A DNA stretch of 64,000 nt, taken from contig NW_026250408.1 of the NCBI RefSeq assembly GCF_024521635.1, forward strand, positions 1,302,001 through 1,366,000. Reading direction: 5' to 3'. Shown in pieces: positions 1 to 10,414 of the stretch (within the stretch, counting starts at the first letter, position 1; the number at the start of each line of letters is the position of its first letter). The notes below the pieces were generated by a model that was not told the origin of the DNA, did not search any database, and worked only from the letters and a program-made list of their open reading frames with translations. The DNA comes from Tricharina praecox. Taxonomy: Eukaryota. Position numbers and translations under genes: made by a program.

Positions 1-147
1 CGATAGGTATCGGAGGCCACCATGGTCGCAAGAGATGTGATTAGATAGTCTGGGTGATTAGAATAGAGTTGCAAGCCGAAGGAATAGTGAGAAGCGATCA
101 AGGAGAAGTTGGAAAGGAGAAAAGCAAACCGATTCCAGAGTCTAGAC
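1..147 (+). repeat. 5' part of a family-B LTR, host of element A1 (cut by the window start)
   Basis: Matches the start of LTR-B (cgataggtatcggagg...gattccagagtctagac, compare 53907-54052). The sequence continues at 6977 after A1. Confidence 0.9.
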
Positions 148-656
148 TGTCACGGCTCGCGACGGAACGTTCGAGGAAGAGTCGGAACAGGGTCCGGAAG
201 GCGGCGCGGGGGCAGTGCAAGGGGCTGCGTGGGCGGCAATGCAGGAATGAGTCGGAGGAATTGGAGCTGTGTGCAGGAAGCAGGGGTAGTGCGGCTGCGC
301 AGGGTATGAGTCACGGAAGCGGGGTACTGGCAAGGTGGATTTCTCAGGGTCTGGCACACACCCACGGTCATTGTCAGGTTGCGGGAAGAAGTGGAGAATT
401 TTCCATATAAACGGGCCGTTGCCCCTCTGTATTTAGTTCTTCACGCAACAACTTGTTAATTCAATCACTGTTACCTCTGTCCTTGCCTCGGCTGCCGTCT
501 GCGCCGTAGTCCTTGTCCCTTTCTCTGTTCTCAGTGCCGTCTGCACTGAGCCCTGCCTCACTTTGTCCTCTGAACCCGCCTTGCCTCTGCCAAACCTGGA
601 ACCCGATCCCCAGCCCGACTTCGCTACCTGGAGCCTTGCCCGACCGTGCCGTTACA
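148..656 (+). repeat. A1 5' LTR (509 bp)
   Basis: TGTCACGG...GCCGTTACA with a TATA-like ATATAAA near 405-411. Direct repeat of 6464-6971. Confidence 0.95.
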
Positions 657-667
657 CTTTGTTGCGC
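657..667 (+). promoter_or_regulatory. Self-priming primer-binding site, family A
   Basis: TTGTTGCG (659-666) is the reverse complement of CGCAACAA (444-451) in the LTR, ~30 nt downstream of the TATA. Confidence 0.75.
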
Positions 668-695
668 CGCTCATCTCTCCACCTAGCGAAGAACC

Positions 696-2630
696 ATGGC
701 CACCAATACTTCAGCCTCAGGCCCTCCCCAGCAGGAGGAAGTACTGGTGGCACCCCCCTACTATCGAGAAATTCCCGCCACCGTCTACGAACAACTCGAG
801 ATCATCGTCAACCACAACTCACCCGTCGACAATGCGACACTGTTGGGGTTGTATAACCAGTTCCAAATCATAGCCCGTGCAATCACCCAATCCCCCACAG
901 CAGCACCCACCTGGCGAGTAGACGTCCTCGAAGAAAACCTTCCCAAACTCCCGTCGTATCACCAACCGTCTCGCCACCCTAGAAAGCCAACCACAGGGCC
1001 ACGCCGAGCGCGTCCCGGAGCCAGGCATGTTCGATGGCACTCGAGAGAAGCTCGAAGCGTTCCTTGCCCAGCTTCGACTCAAACTGTACAGCGACCCGAC
1101 CAGTTTCCCGTCCCCAGCACTCAGAAAGGTCTACACCTTCAATCGTCTGGAAGGCCGTGCCCAAGCCCAGATACTGCCGTACATCCAGAACAACGTGATC
1201 AGCTTGACCGCCGCCGATTCCATGGTCACCATCCTCGAAAACACCTTCGGCGATCCTGACCCAGCTGCCACTGCATGCGCCAAACTCCACCGCCTCAAGC
1301 AAGGGAACAAGGACTTTACGTCTTACTTTGCGGAGTTTCAAAGGCTCGTGTCCAAGCTGAACTGGGACGAGCATGCCAAACTCGATGCACTACGCGAAGG
1401 ATTTTCCATTGAGCTCCACTGACAACTGGTGGGCCGCACTCAGGGACTCACCTACAATCAGTTCGTGGCTCTGTGCCAGAACCTCGATTCAGAGCTACGG
1501 GCCCTCCAACTCCGTGAATGTGAGATTGGAACGATTACGATTGTCGGAGTCAATTGATAGAATAAAATAAAGATGAAAATAGATAGTATTCTTTCTTTCA
1601 CAAACGGAATAATCTTAAGGGGTAGTGTCGATGGTTTTCTGGTTGCTGATTCTGATGATGAATCTTTCGCCGTGTCGTCGGAAGTCTATATAGTCGGGTG
1701 ATTTGGTCGAGTCACGTACCAGCCGTTGCCGTAGCTTGTTGCCGGATGGAAACCCTGGCGTGAAATCGCTGCACTTGTTGCGGAGACTTTCTCCGCCATG
1801 TCATCAGAGTCGTCGTAAGCCTACACGATAGTTTATACAAACTAGGCAGGTATGGCGCACCAATCCTTACCCGAGTATAGTCCGGTTTCAGCTATCTCTT
1901 CGCTGGGCAACGGCTGCGCCTTTCAGCACGGCTCTTATTTGCTTAAGACGCGAGAAGAGGGGCAACACTCGTCATAGTGGTTTGTCTCCGATCAGAGTTT
2001 TCTCTGCGCTTGTTTCGCGATTCGCCTGCCTCAAGTCAAGCATGACTGTATCGGACTTTTCGTGCGTATCGCTGCGCCTCTGATCCCACCTAGACTCTGG
2101 TCCCGTTTGCTTCCTTCCTTCCTATCTCGTCTCTGACTAGCTACGACTAATCTAAGGGTTTCCTCCTGCTCCCCGATCTATCTAACTATTCTTCCCGAAC
2201 TTCCGTTGGTAAGAAGCCGGACCCTGAAGCCGGGCCGACTGCGACCAGAGTGTCACAGTGAAGGCCGCCGCAACCCCCCGCGGCAATACCACACCCCGCA
2301 ACCCCCAGCTCCGCCCAGGAATCAAACCCATAACAGTACACCACCGGCAACCACTGCAACTGTAACAGCCCCAGGGGCTATAGACCTCAGCGCGAATAGT
2401 CGCAAGATCTCTGATAAGAACGAGCTGCGCGTCTCCGCGAGGGTCGTTGCCTGTACTGTGGAGGCAGTGGCCACATGGCCCGACACTGCCCCAAGAAGAA
2501 TCGGACCCCTTTTCATGCCGCAGCTGCACAGCTGACGCCTGAGGAACCTGGAACCCCGACCCCCGGCCACCCGTACCACAATTGCAACCAGAATTGTGGC
2601 GATAACCAAGGGCAGTCGGGAAAAGCCTAG
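696..2630 (+). pseudogene. gag: A1 gag (capsid plus degenerate CCHC knuckle), frameshifted, with a premature stop and a solo LTR-C insertion
   Basis: MATNTS start. 'FDGTREKLEAFLAQL...LEGRA...LKQGNKDFTSYFAEF' is a Ty3 capsid signature. TGA at 1420-1422. CLYCGGSGH knuckle near 2450. Native stop TAG at 2628-2630. Confidence 0.88.
1519..2257 (-). mobile_element. Solo LTR, family C (739 bp, B-related)
   Basis: TG...CA termini and a perfect TSD GTGAA (1514-1518 / 2258-2262). Shares blocks such as CCTTAAGATTATTCCGTT with LTR-B. Confidence 0.92.
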
Positions 2631-2663
2631 ACCAACAACCACTTGATGGCACCGTTGTTGGTC
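2618..2663 (+). promoter_or_regulatory. -1 ribosomal frameshift signal, family A (G GGA AAA plus stem-loop)
   Basis: Slippery heptamer at 2618-2624 in the gag frame, 5-nt spacer, then a 10-bp stem GACCAACAAC/GTTGTTGGTC. The -1 frame runs open into the PR ORF. Confidence 0.75.
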
Positions 2664-5600
2664 GTACCCAGGATAAGTCTTTTTCTCCCTTTTCTACTCG
2701 TTTTCGTTTGTCCAATTCGTCAGTGTCTGGGATGGTAGTGGAGGAATCATCAATGGAAGGAAAACATCTCGTTGTGCTATGTAACCTTTCGTTTGGTGAC
2801 AAAACCATTGCCACGCATGTGCTGATCAGTTGTGTGGCAACCGGAATCGCCTTTGTAGACAAAGACTTCGCCCGCCATCACAATCTACCCCTAGTACCCC
2901 TAGAATCCCCACGCAGCCTTGAGGTCATCGACGGCCGCCCCATCGAGTCAGGCGACATCACATACGTTGCCACCACGACCCTGTCAATCCAAGAGCACCA
3001 CGAAGAACTCCCAATGTTCGTCACCAAACTGGGGCACTACCCAATCATACTACGGATTCCCTGGATGGACCTACACGGCGTGGCCATCCGGTTTAACTCC
3101 CGCACCCTCACCTTTGGTTCCCAATATTGCACTGCACACTGCAATATAGTAACTACAGTAGCCCACGGTATCACCACGGACCCACCAGAAACACCCTACG
3201 CTCTCGCACCAAACGTAGCTCAGGAGGAGCTAGCGGTAAGCGCGAGGGCCGGCGACATCGTGGCCAGATGCATTACGTCTCCCCAGATCAATGAACCCCA
3301 GCAGGATGATAACCAGAGAAAACCCACGGTCAGAATCTCAGCCCTCTGAATGACGCCTTTCCAGCAGATGGCAGAAAAGGAGAACCTCACCATCTTCGCC
3401 ACGGCCCTGACGGAGATCAATGAAGTTCTATCTGAAGAAAACCAGAGCCCAACCCCCCACATTCCCTCCGGATACCAAGAATTTCTCCACCTCTTCTCTG
3501 AAAGGTTGGCGCAGAACCTACCACCCCATCGGCAATACGACCACAAGATCCCACTAAAGGAAGGATTTGTGCCCCCTTACGGACCCCTCTATTTGCTCTC
3601 GAAAACCAAGCTGGTCGCACTCAAGGAATGGCTTGACGACAATCTGAGCAGGGGATTCATCCGTGCGTCCTCATCACCAGCGGCATCACCAATCCTGTTT
3701 GTCAAAAAATCGGACGGCTCCTTGCGACTATGTGTGGACTATCGAGGCCTGAACGAAGGAACCATCAAGAATCGCTACCCACTTCCTCAGCTCCAGGAAA
3801 CCTTGATGCGACTGTCCGGTGCAAAGTATTTTACAACACTGGATATCCGCGGTGCTTACAACCTGGTACGAATGGCAGATGGGGAGGAATGGAAAACGGC
3901 TTTCCGGACCCGCTACGGACTTTTCGAATCATTGGTAATGCCTTTCGGGCGAACCAACGCGCCAGCCAACTTCCAAGCCCTGATCAACGGCGTTTTACGA
4001 TCGTTCCTGGACAACTTCTGTACCGCCTTCCTAGATGATGTCTTTATCTACAGCGCGTCACTGGAAGAACACCGAAAACAGGTCACCAAGGTGCTACGCC
4101 CCCTTTCATCGGCCGGACTGCACCTAAAACCGGAGAAATGCCACTTCCACCAGCTGGAGGTCAAATACCTGGGCCTGATCATAACCACGGAGGGTATTAA
4201 GATGAATCGTGCCAGTCTCTTGCGTACTCGAATGGGAAAAACCGGCGACAGTAACGGATGTGCAGTGTTTCTTGGGCTTTGCCAACTTCTTCCGACGCTT
4301 TATCCAGGACTACTCCAAGGTGGTATCTCCCCTGACGGCAATGACAAAAAAGGAAAATGGGAAGTACGTCCCCTTCGAATGGGGTATTGACCAACAGCAA
4401 GCCTTTGACACTCTCAAGACTGCCTTCACTACCGCCCCGGTACTCCGACATTTCGACTACGACCGAGAAATAGTGGTGGAAACTGATGCCTCAGATTACG
4501 TATCGGTTGATATCCTCTCCCAGTACGACAACAACGCAATCTTGCATCTGGTTGCCTTCTATTCAAAGAAACACTCCCCGGCGGAATGCATTTACGAAAT
4601 TTACGGCAAAGAATTGTTGGCAATTGTCCGGGCCTTTGAAGAATGGAGACCACACCTTGAAGGAGGCGCACACCCGATCCAAGTCCTGAGAGACCACAAG
4701 AACTTGGAATACTTCATGTCAACCAAGTTGCTCAACCGCCGGCAAGCACGATGGTCGGAATTCCTGTCCCGTTTCGACTTCAAAACTGTCTATCGACCTG
4801 GTCAAGCAGGAGGGAAACCCGATGCATTGACAAGGTGGTCAGGAGACCTCCCTAAGGAGGGGGATGAAAGCCTGCCGGCGAACCAACAAGCAGTCCTCAA
4901 GCCCCAAAACCTGCCGGAAGAATTGAGATTGTCAGCGACCAACCCGTTGGAAGTACCCCGTCCCGCACTCTCTATCCTGATAACCGAAGCATATCAGGCA
5001 GATACAGCGCCGAACAAGATGCTCCAACTGCTTAGACACGGAACACGCCACTCAAAGGACATCTCGCTCGCCGACTGCAGCGAAGTCAACGGACAATCAC
5101 ATTACCGCGATTGCTTCTACGTTCCTGAACACAACCCACTCAGACTTCGTCTGATCCAAGACCACCACGACCTGCCAGCTATCGGCCATCCCGGAAGAGC
5201 ATAAACCTTGGAACTCCTGGACTGGAACTACTACTGGCCCCAGATGCGGAAGGACGTTGACCGATTCGTGAGGAACTGCCACACTTGCAGACGAACCAAA
5301 GCAAGAAGACACGCCCCCTACGGTGTGCTCCGCCCACTCCCAGTACCCGAGAAACCCTGGCAACATATATGCGTCAACTTCGTAACCGGACTCCCTCCCT
5401 CAAAAGGATTCGATGCCATTTGCGTATTTGTGGACCGCCTCACCAAGCAACGACACCTGCTCCCCTGCAAAACAACCATCACCTCCGAGGGACTCGCCGA
5501 ACTATTCTGCGATTGGGTCTTCAGATACCACGGACTACGCGACACCATCGTATCGGACCGGGGCCCCCAGTTTGCATCACGATTTTGGAAACATCTATGC

Positions 5601-6463
5601 TCTTGTGTCAAGATCGACGCACGGCTCTCCACAGCGTTCCACCCGCAGACGGACGGTCAAACAGAGAGAATGAATGCAGTAATGGAACAACACCTCCGAG
5701 CATACGTGAGCTACCTGCAGGATGACTGGGTCGACTACCTATTCTTGGCAGAGTTTGCAGGCAACAACCAGGCATCCGACACCACCACCCTGTCCCCGTT
5801 TTTTGCTAACATAGGCTACCACCCCCGTTGCGACTTCGAACTTGGCATCCGAACCGACACGAACGAAAAGCAACAAGCACAGACAGCGGCAGAGCGACTC
5901 CAGCAGATTCATGACGTGGCCCGCAGTGAGATGCGCTATGCCTACGCACGGCAGCAGGACAACACGGACCAGCACCGGACCCCCGCACCTGCCTTCCAGC
6001 CTGGAGATATGGTATTGGTGGACGGCCTAAACTGGCGGACGGAGCGACCAAGCCAAAAACTGGAAAACAGGCACCACGGACCCTATCGGATTACCCGAGC
6101 CATTGGAACCCACGCATACGGACTGGACATCCTGAACACCATCCAGAAGCAGCGCACCTTCTCAGTATCCCTCCTCCACGCATCCGCCCACGGCCCCCTC
6201 CCGGGCCAGATCCTGCCGCCACCGTTACCGGTAATCGTGAACGGCCAAGAAGAATGGGAGGTGGAGGAAGTGCTGGACAGCACAACGCTGAGGGGAAGAC
6301 TCTAGTACCTAGTCAAGTGGAGGGGTTTTGCGGCACCAACGTGGGAACCTGAGGAGAACCTTGTGGACATACAGGCAGTGGACGTCTTCCACCAACGGTA
6401 CCCAATGACGCCTGGACCAGTCCAACTTACTCTCGTGGGAACTCGAGCCTTGGGAGGGGCTAC
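2618..6463 (+). pseudogene. pol: A1 pol (PR-RT-RNaseH-integrase-chromodomain), interrupted
   Basis: ORFs 2708-3349 (PR), 3350-4390 ([15 protein letters not shown]), 4209-5204 (RH: VETDAS), 5208-6305 (INT: IVSDRG, HPQTDGQTER, GPY; chromodomain EWEVEEVLDS). Stops at 3347, 5202 and 6303. Confidence 0.93.
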
Positions 6464-6971
6464 TGTCACGGCTCGCGACGGAATATTCGAGGAAGAGTCG
6501 GAACAGGGTCCGGAAGGCAGCGCGGGGGCAGTGCAAGGGGCTGCCTGGGCGGTAATGCAGGAATGAGCCGGAGGAATTGAGGCTGTGTGCAGGAAGCAAG
6601 GGTAGTGCGGCCGCGCAGGGTATGAGTCACGGAAGCGGGATACTGGCAAGGAGGATTTCTCAGGGTCTGGCACACACCCACGGTCATTGTCAGGTTGCGG
6701 GAAGAAGTGGAGGATTTTCTATATAAACGGCCGTTGCCCCTCTGTATTTAGTTCTTCACGCAACAACTTGTTCATTCAATCACTGTTACCTCTGTCCTTG
6801 CCTCGGCTGCCGTCTGCGCCGTAGTCCTTGTCTCTTTCTCTGTTCTCAGTGCCGTCTGCACTGAGCCCTGCCTCACCTTGTCCTCTGAACCCGCCTTGCC
6901 TCTGCCAAACCTGGAACCCGATCCCCAGCCTGGCTTCGCTACCTGGAGCCTTGCCCGACCGTGCCGTTACA
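6464..6971 (+). repeat. A1 3' LTR
   Basis: Follows the PPT. About 20 differences from the 5' LTR, counted by eye. Confidence 0.95.
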
Positions 6972-6976
6972 TCGAC

Positions 6977-7511
6977 AGTGATCGGAGATGCGGGTGAGCG
7001 GGGTAACAGCCCAGAGGGCTTTGAGATTCCCGATTATAGGGCCCCGCAGTAAGAACTCCGATCAAGGCAAAACCTGTTATGACGAGAGAATCAAACATCG
7101 ACCTATGGGGGCGGAGACATTTGACCGAAGAACTGTGCCGGCGCATAAAGAAGATAATTGCTAGAGAAACCCGATCCATCTTGGGCGCGTGGTGTTTACC
7201 ACCTGTCTAGTCGAGAAGACTATCCGAAGAGAGCTGACGGCGACTGCAGGCTAAGCCGCGGGAACCCCGATGCAAAGGAAGCAACGGAGCCGCATCAGGC
7301 CGCACTCTAGAAGAATCACGTGCCAAAGCCCAGGACAGCTATAAGTGTCAAACCGAGAAAGCAACCAAACTGAACACAATCATCGCACAGAACAACCATT
7401 GAAGAAACACCCTGAAGATTATTCCGTTGTGAATTATCCAAATCCCTGACTTTTATTCTATACTCGATAATACCATATACTCCAACAGCCCGGATTCGTT
7501 CCAGTCTCACA
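6977..7511 (+). repeat. 3' part of the family-B LTR hosting A1
   Basis: Resumes at agtgatcggagatgcggg and ends CAGTCTCACA. Confidence 0.9.
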
Positions 7512-7853
7512 CAGTCCCAGTAGAAGCATTGCCGATTGACTTTGCGGCATTAGGGCGAGGAGATTTTCTTCCATTGGCATGTACCGTTTTAGAGCAGCTT
7601 GAAATTCGCTGTGGAACAGGATTTCTGCGGTAACCTTCTGTTATCACTACCCTGAGTAGGGGATGGTATTGTTCAAGCGTGTTAGTTGGCAGCCACTGGA
7701 GCTCTTTTGGTAGGTTATGCAGTATCAGGACTGCCTACTGGTTGGTTAACAGTCTTTCATCCCCCGCTTTAGAGATGTCTCCTGACTTCCTGGTCAGTGC
7801 ATCCGGTTGTCCTTTGGCTTTCCCTGGTTGGTAGACAATCTTGAAATGAAAAC
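7512..7853 (-). pseudogene. pol: Degenerate A-type pol fragment (RNaseH end and linker)
   Basis: The minus strand reads [25 protein letters not shown]...ERLL, homologous to A1 4780-5060. Confidence 0.8.
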
Positions 7854-8261
7854 TGTCACAGTTCAGTAATCCTGGCCTTAAGTAGCTACTGGGATGATTG
7901 CCTTAGCCATCAAAATACCTTTTGGTCAAGTGGTATAGTACTTTCCCAGTGTACTTTGTTACAGTTTGATGGCTGCCAAGTTCATGAGTTCAATTCGCAC
8001 TGCGGGCAGTTACATTGCTCTGCTGCAGCTTTGTTCAGGAATTGCATGGCTTACAGTCAGTGACGGTTTATGATTCATATCATGAAATAACACTCATTGG
8101 GGGTTAAGTACTTGAAGGCTTCCTGGAGTAAGCCCCTAAAGAGGGGATACTGTCACAGTTCAGAAATCTTGGCTTTAAGTCGCTACTAGGATGATGGCCT
8201 TCAGCCATCAATATACCTTTTGGCCGAGTGGTGTAGAACTTTCCCAGTGTACTATATTACA
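7854..8261 (+). mobile_element. D: 408 bp TRIM-like non-autonomous LTR element
   Basis: Direct repeats 7854-7963 and 8151-8261 (TGTCACAG...TTACA, 110/111 bp) around a 187 bp interior. PBS-like TTTGATGGCT follows the 5' LTR and PPT AAAGAGGGG precedes the 3' LTR. No TSD. Confidence 0.85.
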
Positions 8262-8265
8262 GTAG

Positions 8266-8824
8266 TGTAACGGCACAGTCGGGCAAGGCTCCAGGTAGCG
8301 AAGCCGGGCGGGGCATCAGCTCCTGGGTTTGGCAGACGCAAGACGGGTTCAGAGGACAAGGTAAGGCAGGCTCAGTGCTGACCGCAACTGAGGACAGAGG
8401 TAGGGACAAGGACTACGGCGCAGACGGCAGCCGAGGCAAGGACAGAGGTAACAGTGATTGAATTAACAAGTTGTGGCGTGAAGAACTAAATACAGAGGGG
8501 CAACGGCCCGTTTATATAGAAAATCCTCCACTTCTTCCCGCAACCTGACAATGACCGTGGGCGTATGCCAGACCCTGAGAAATCCACCTTGCCAGTACCC
8601 CGCTTCCGTGACTCATACCCTGCGCAGCCGCACTACCCCTGCTTCCTGCACACAGCTCCAATCCCCTGCGGCTCATTACTGCACTATCCCCTGCTCCCTG
8701 CACACAGCCCCCAATAATCTGCGACTCATCCTTGCACTGCCAGCGCATTGCCTGTGCACTGCCTCCCAACTCTCCCCATCCTTGCGCCGACCCTTTCTTC
8801 GTTATTCCGTCCCGAGCCGTGACA
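8266..8824 (-). repeat. Family-A LTR (559 bp long variant)
   Basis: TGTAACGG...CCGTGACA, the reverse complement of LTR-A. Flanks are GTAG/GTAC. Confidence 0.92.
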
Positions 8825-8828
8825 GTAC

Positions 8829-8938
8829 TGTAATAAAGTACAATGGGAAAGCACTATACCACTTGACCAAAAAGTATTTTGATGGCTGAAGGCCATCATC
8901 CCGGTGGCTACCTAGGCCAAGAATTCTGAACTGTGACA
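8829..8938 (-). repeat. Family-D LTR, inverted
   Basis: Reverse complement of the LTR at 8151-8261. Confidence 0.88.
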
Positions 8939-10414
8939 CAACTCTGCGATGGGGTCAAGTGTGTATACAACCTCTACGCTCACAATGCCGGAATGCATAC
9001 AGAATGCCTTCGAACCGAGCTGCCGACGGTAGCGAACGCGGCGCAAGCCCGGAGCAGCGACGTATGGGCAGTCATTCTAAAACGTAACCAGAAGGACGAA
9101 GACAACCGCGAGCTGCAAAGCGTTGCAAACGCTCAGCTACAGGGCCCTATTGTGTTCCTCGAAACCCCCCAAGTCGAACAACGCAGGGAGCAAGCGGTGT
9201 ACAGCCGCAACGTGGAAATCTGGGCAGGCAAACAGGAAGAGAAGGCGGAATACCTCTACAAAGAGCAACAGGTAATCAACGAAAAAACCGCTCGAGCGGA
9301 GAAAAAATTGAAGGCTGTAGGGGTAAGAACAGGACAGGTGAAGGAAAAAGCCCCAGAATGGGTAAACACCACCCCAAGAGGAGGATCGCAGGCAGAAAGT
9401 TCTGCGACAAGGGAAACTCCGGCAGGTGCAGAAATGTCCCCTCCTCCCCCACCCCCAAGGCGTCCGGTGACTAACCTTGGAGGTGATCCCTCAGATGGTG
9501 AACCATTAGATGATGACGTTTCCATTCGCTTGCCGCGTCATTCGCCCCCCCGTCACCGAAACGCCCCGCTACCAAGAGAAGACGATGGAGACGGGGAGAG
9601 TCGCTTCGCTCGGATCATTGCAGCTGCCGTCTTCGCATCAAACCCGTGGGCCATCAAGCTTAAGATGAAAGAGCCCAAGCCGTTCGATGGCAAGCAGAGG
9701 ACAGCCTTCCATCCATGGTGGGACTCAGTCGAAGAATATCTTGAGTTCCACCCAGAGACGACCGAGCAGCCATAGATAGTGTGGGTGGGATCCTGACTGG
9801 AAGCAACCACGGCAGAATGGCACCAGGCCCGTTGAAAAAGCTTGAGGCAGCTACACTTGGAAGATACATGGCAGGCGTACCCACACGCACTGAAGGAGCT
9901 GTACCGCAACACGCAGGAAGGGGCGAACGCGTTAAGAAGGATGTGGGCCCTCAAATACAAAGGGGACATTCAAGCTTATATGACGTCCTTCCGATCGCTC
10001 AACATGGTCGCTCGCGCCACTGGCGAACCTCTACAAGACATAGTGAACCAGGCCATGACCACCAACATCCTCGACATGTGCTTTGACCAGCACACTGAAC
10101 CCTACGAAGACGATGAAGACTTCCTTGAAAAGGTGCTCAGGGCTGGGGGCCGTGTAGAACGGCGGGCCACGCTGAAAAAGGCAAGGGCCATGAGGAAAGG
10201 GGGATCGGGTAGCCAGGGTTCTGGCGGCCACCGGAAGGGACCTGGCAACGGCTGGCAGGGCCAAGGAAAGGGCAGAGACCCTGGGGGCTGCAAGGAAAGC
10301 GGGGAGTTCCCGGAGGGCCGAAAGTCCAAGGAAGCAACAGGGGCCAGGAAGGGGAGAACAAGGGAAGGGGACATCTACGCAGGAGCAAAGGAAGCTCTGG
10401 TAGGGGTTCCCCAG
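8939..10414 (+). pseudogene. gag: Family-B gag fragment, degenerate
   Basis: ORFs 8933-9775 and 9842-10549 align to B gag (QLCDGVK...EPKPFDG...EALVGVPQ). Internal stops. Confidence 0.9.

Larger units (their letters stand above)
148..6971 (+). mobile_element. A1: full-length but defective Ty3/Gypsy chromovirus LTR retrotransposon (family A)
   Basis: LTRs 148-656 and 6464-6971 (TG...CA). TSD TAGAC/TCGAC inside an LTR-B. Domain order gag-PR-RT-RH-INT-chromodomain. PPT GGGAGGGG at 6452-6459. Several stops and frameshifts. Confidence 0.95.

Noticed and set aside
54..410. Recurrent short ORFs in LTRs (e.g. MTVGVCQTLRNPPCQY..., MREIGITVQR...)
   Set aside because: They recur only because the LTRs are repeated. 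Lengths and frames vary between copies and no domain is recognisable.
2182..2862. 226-aa antisense ORF conserved at 33714-34394
   Set aside because: It spans an LTR-C/gag junction. The conservation reflects the recent duplication.
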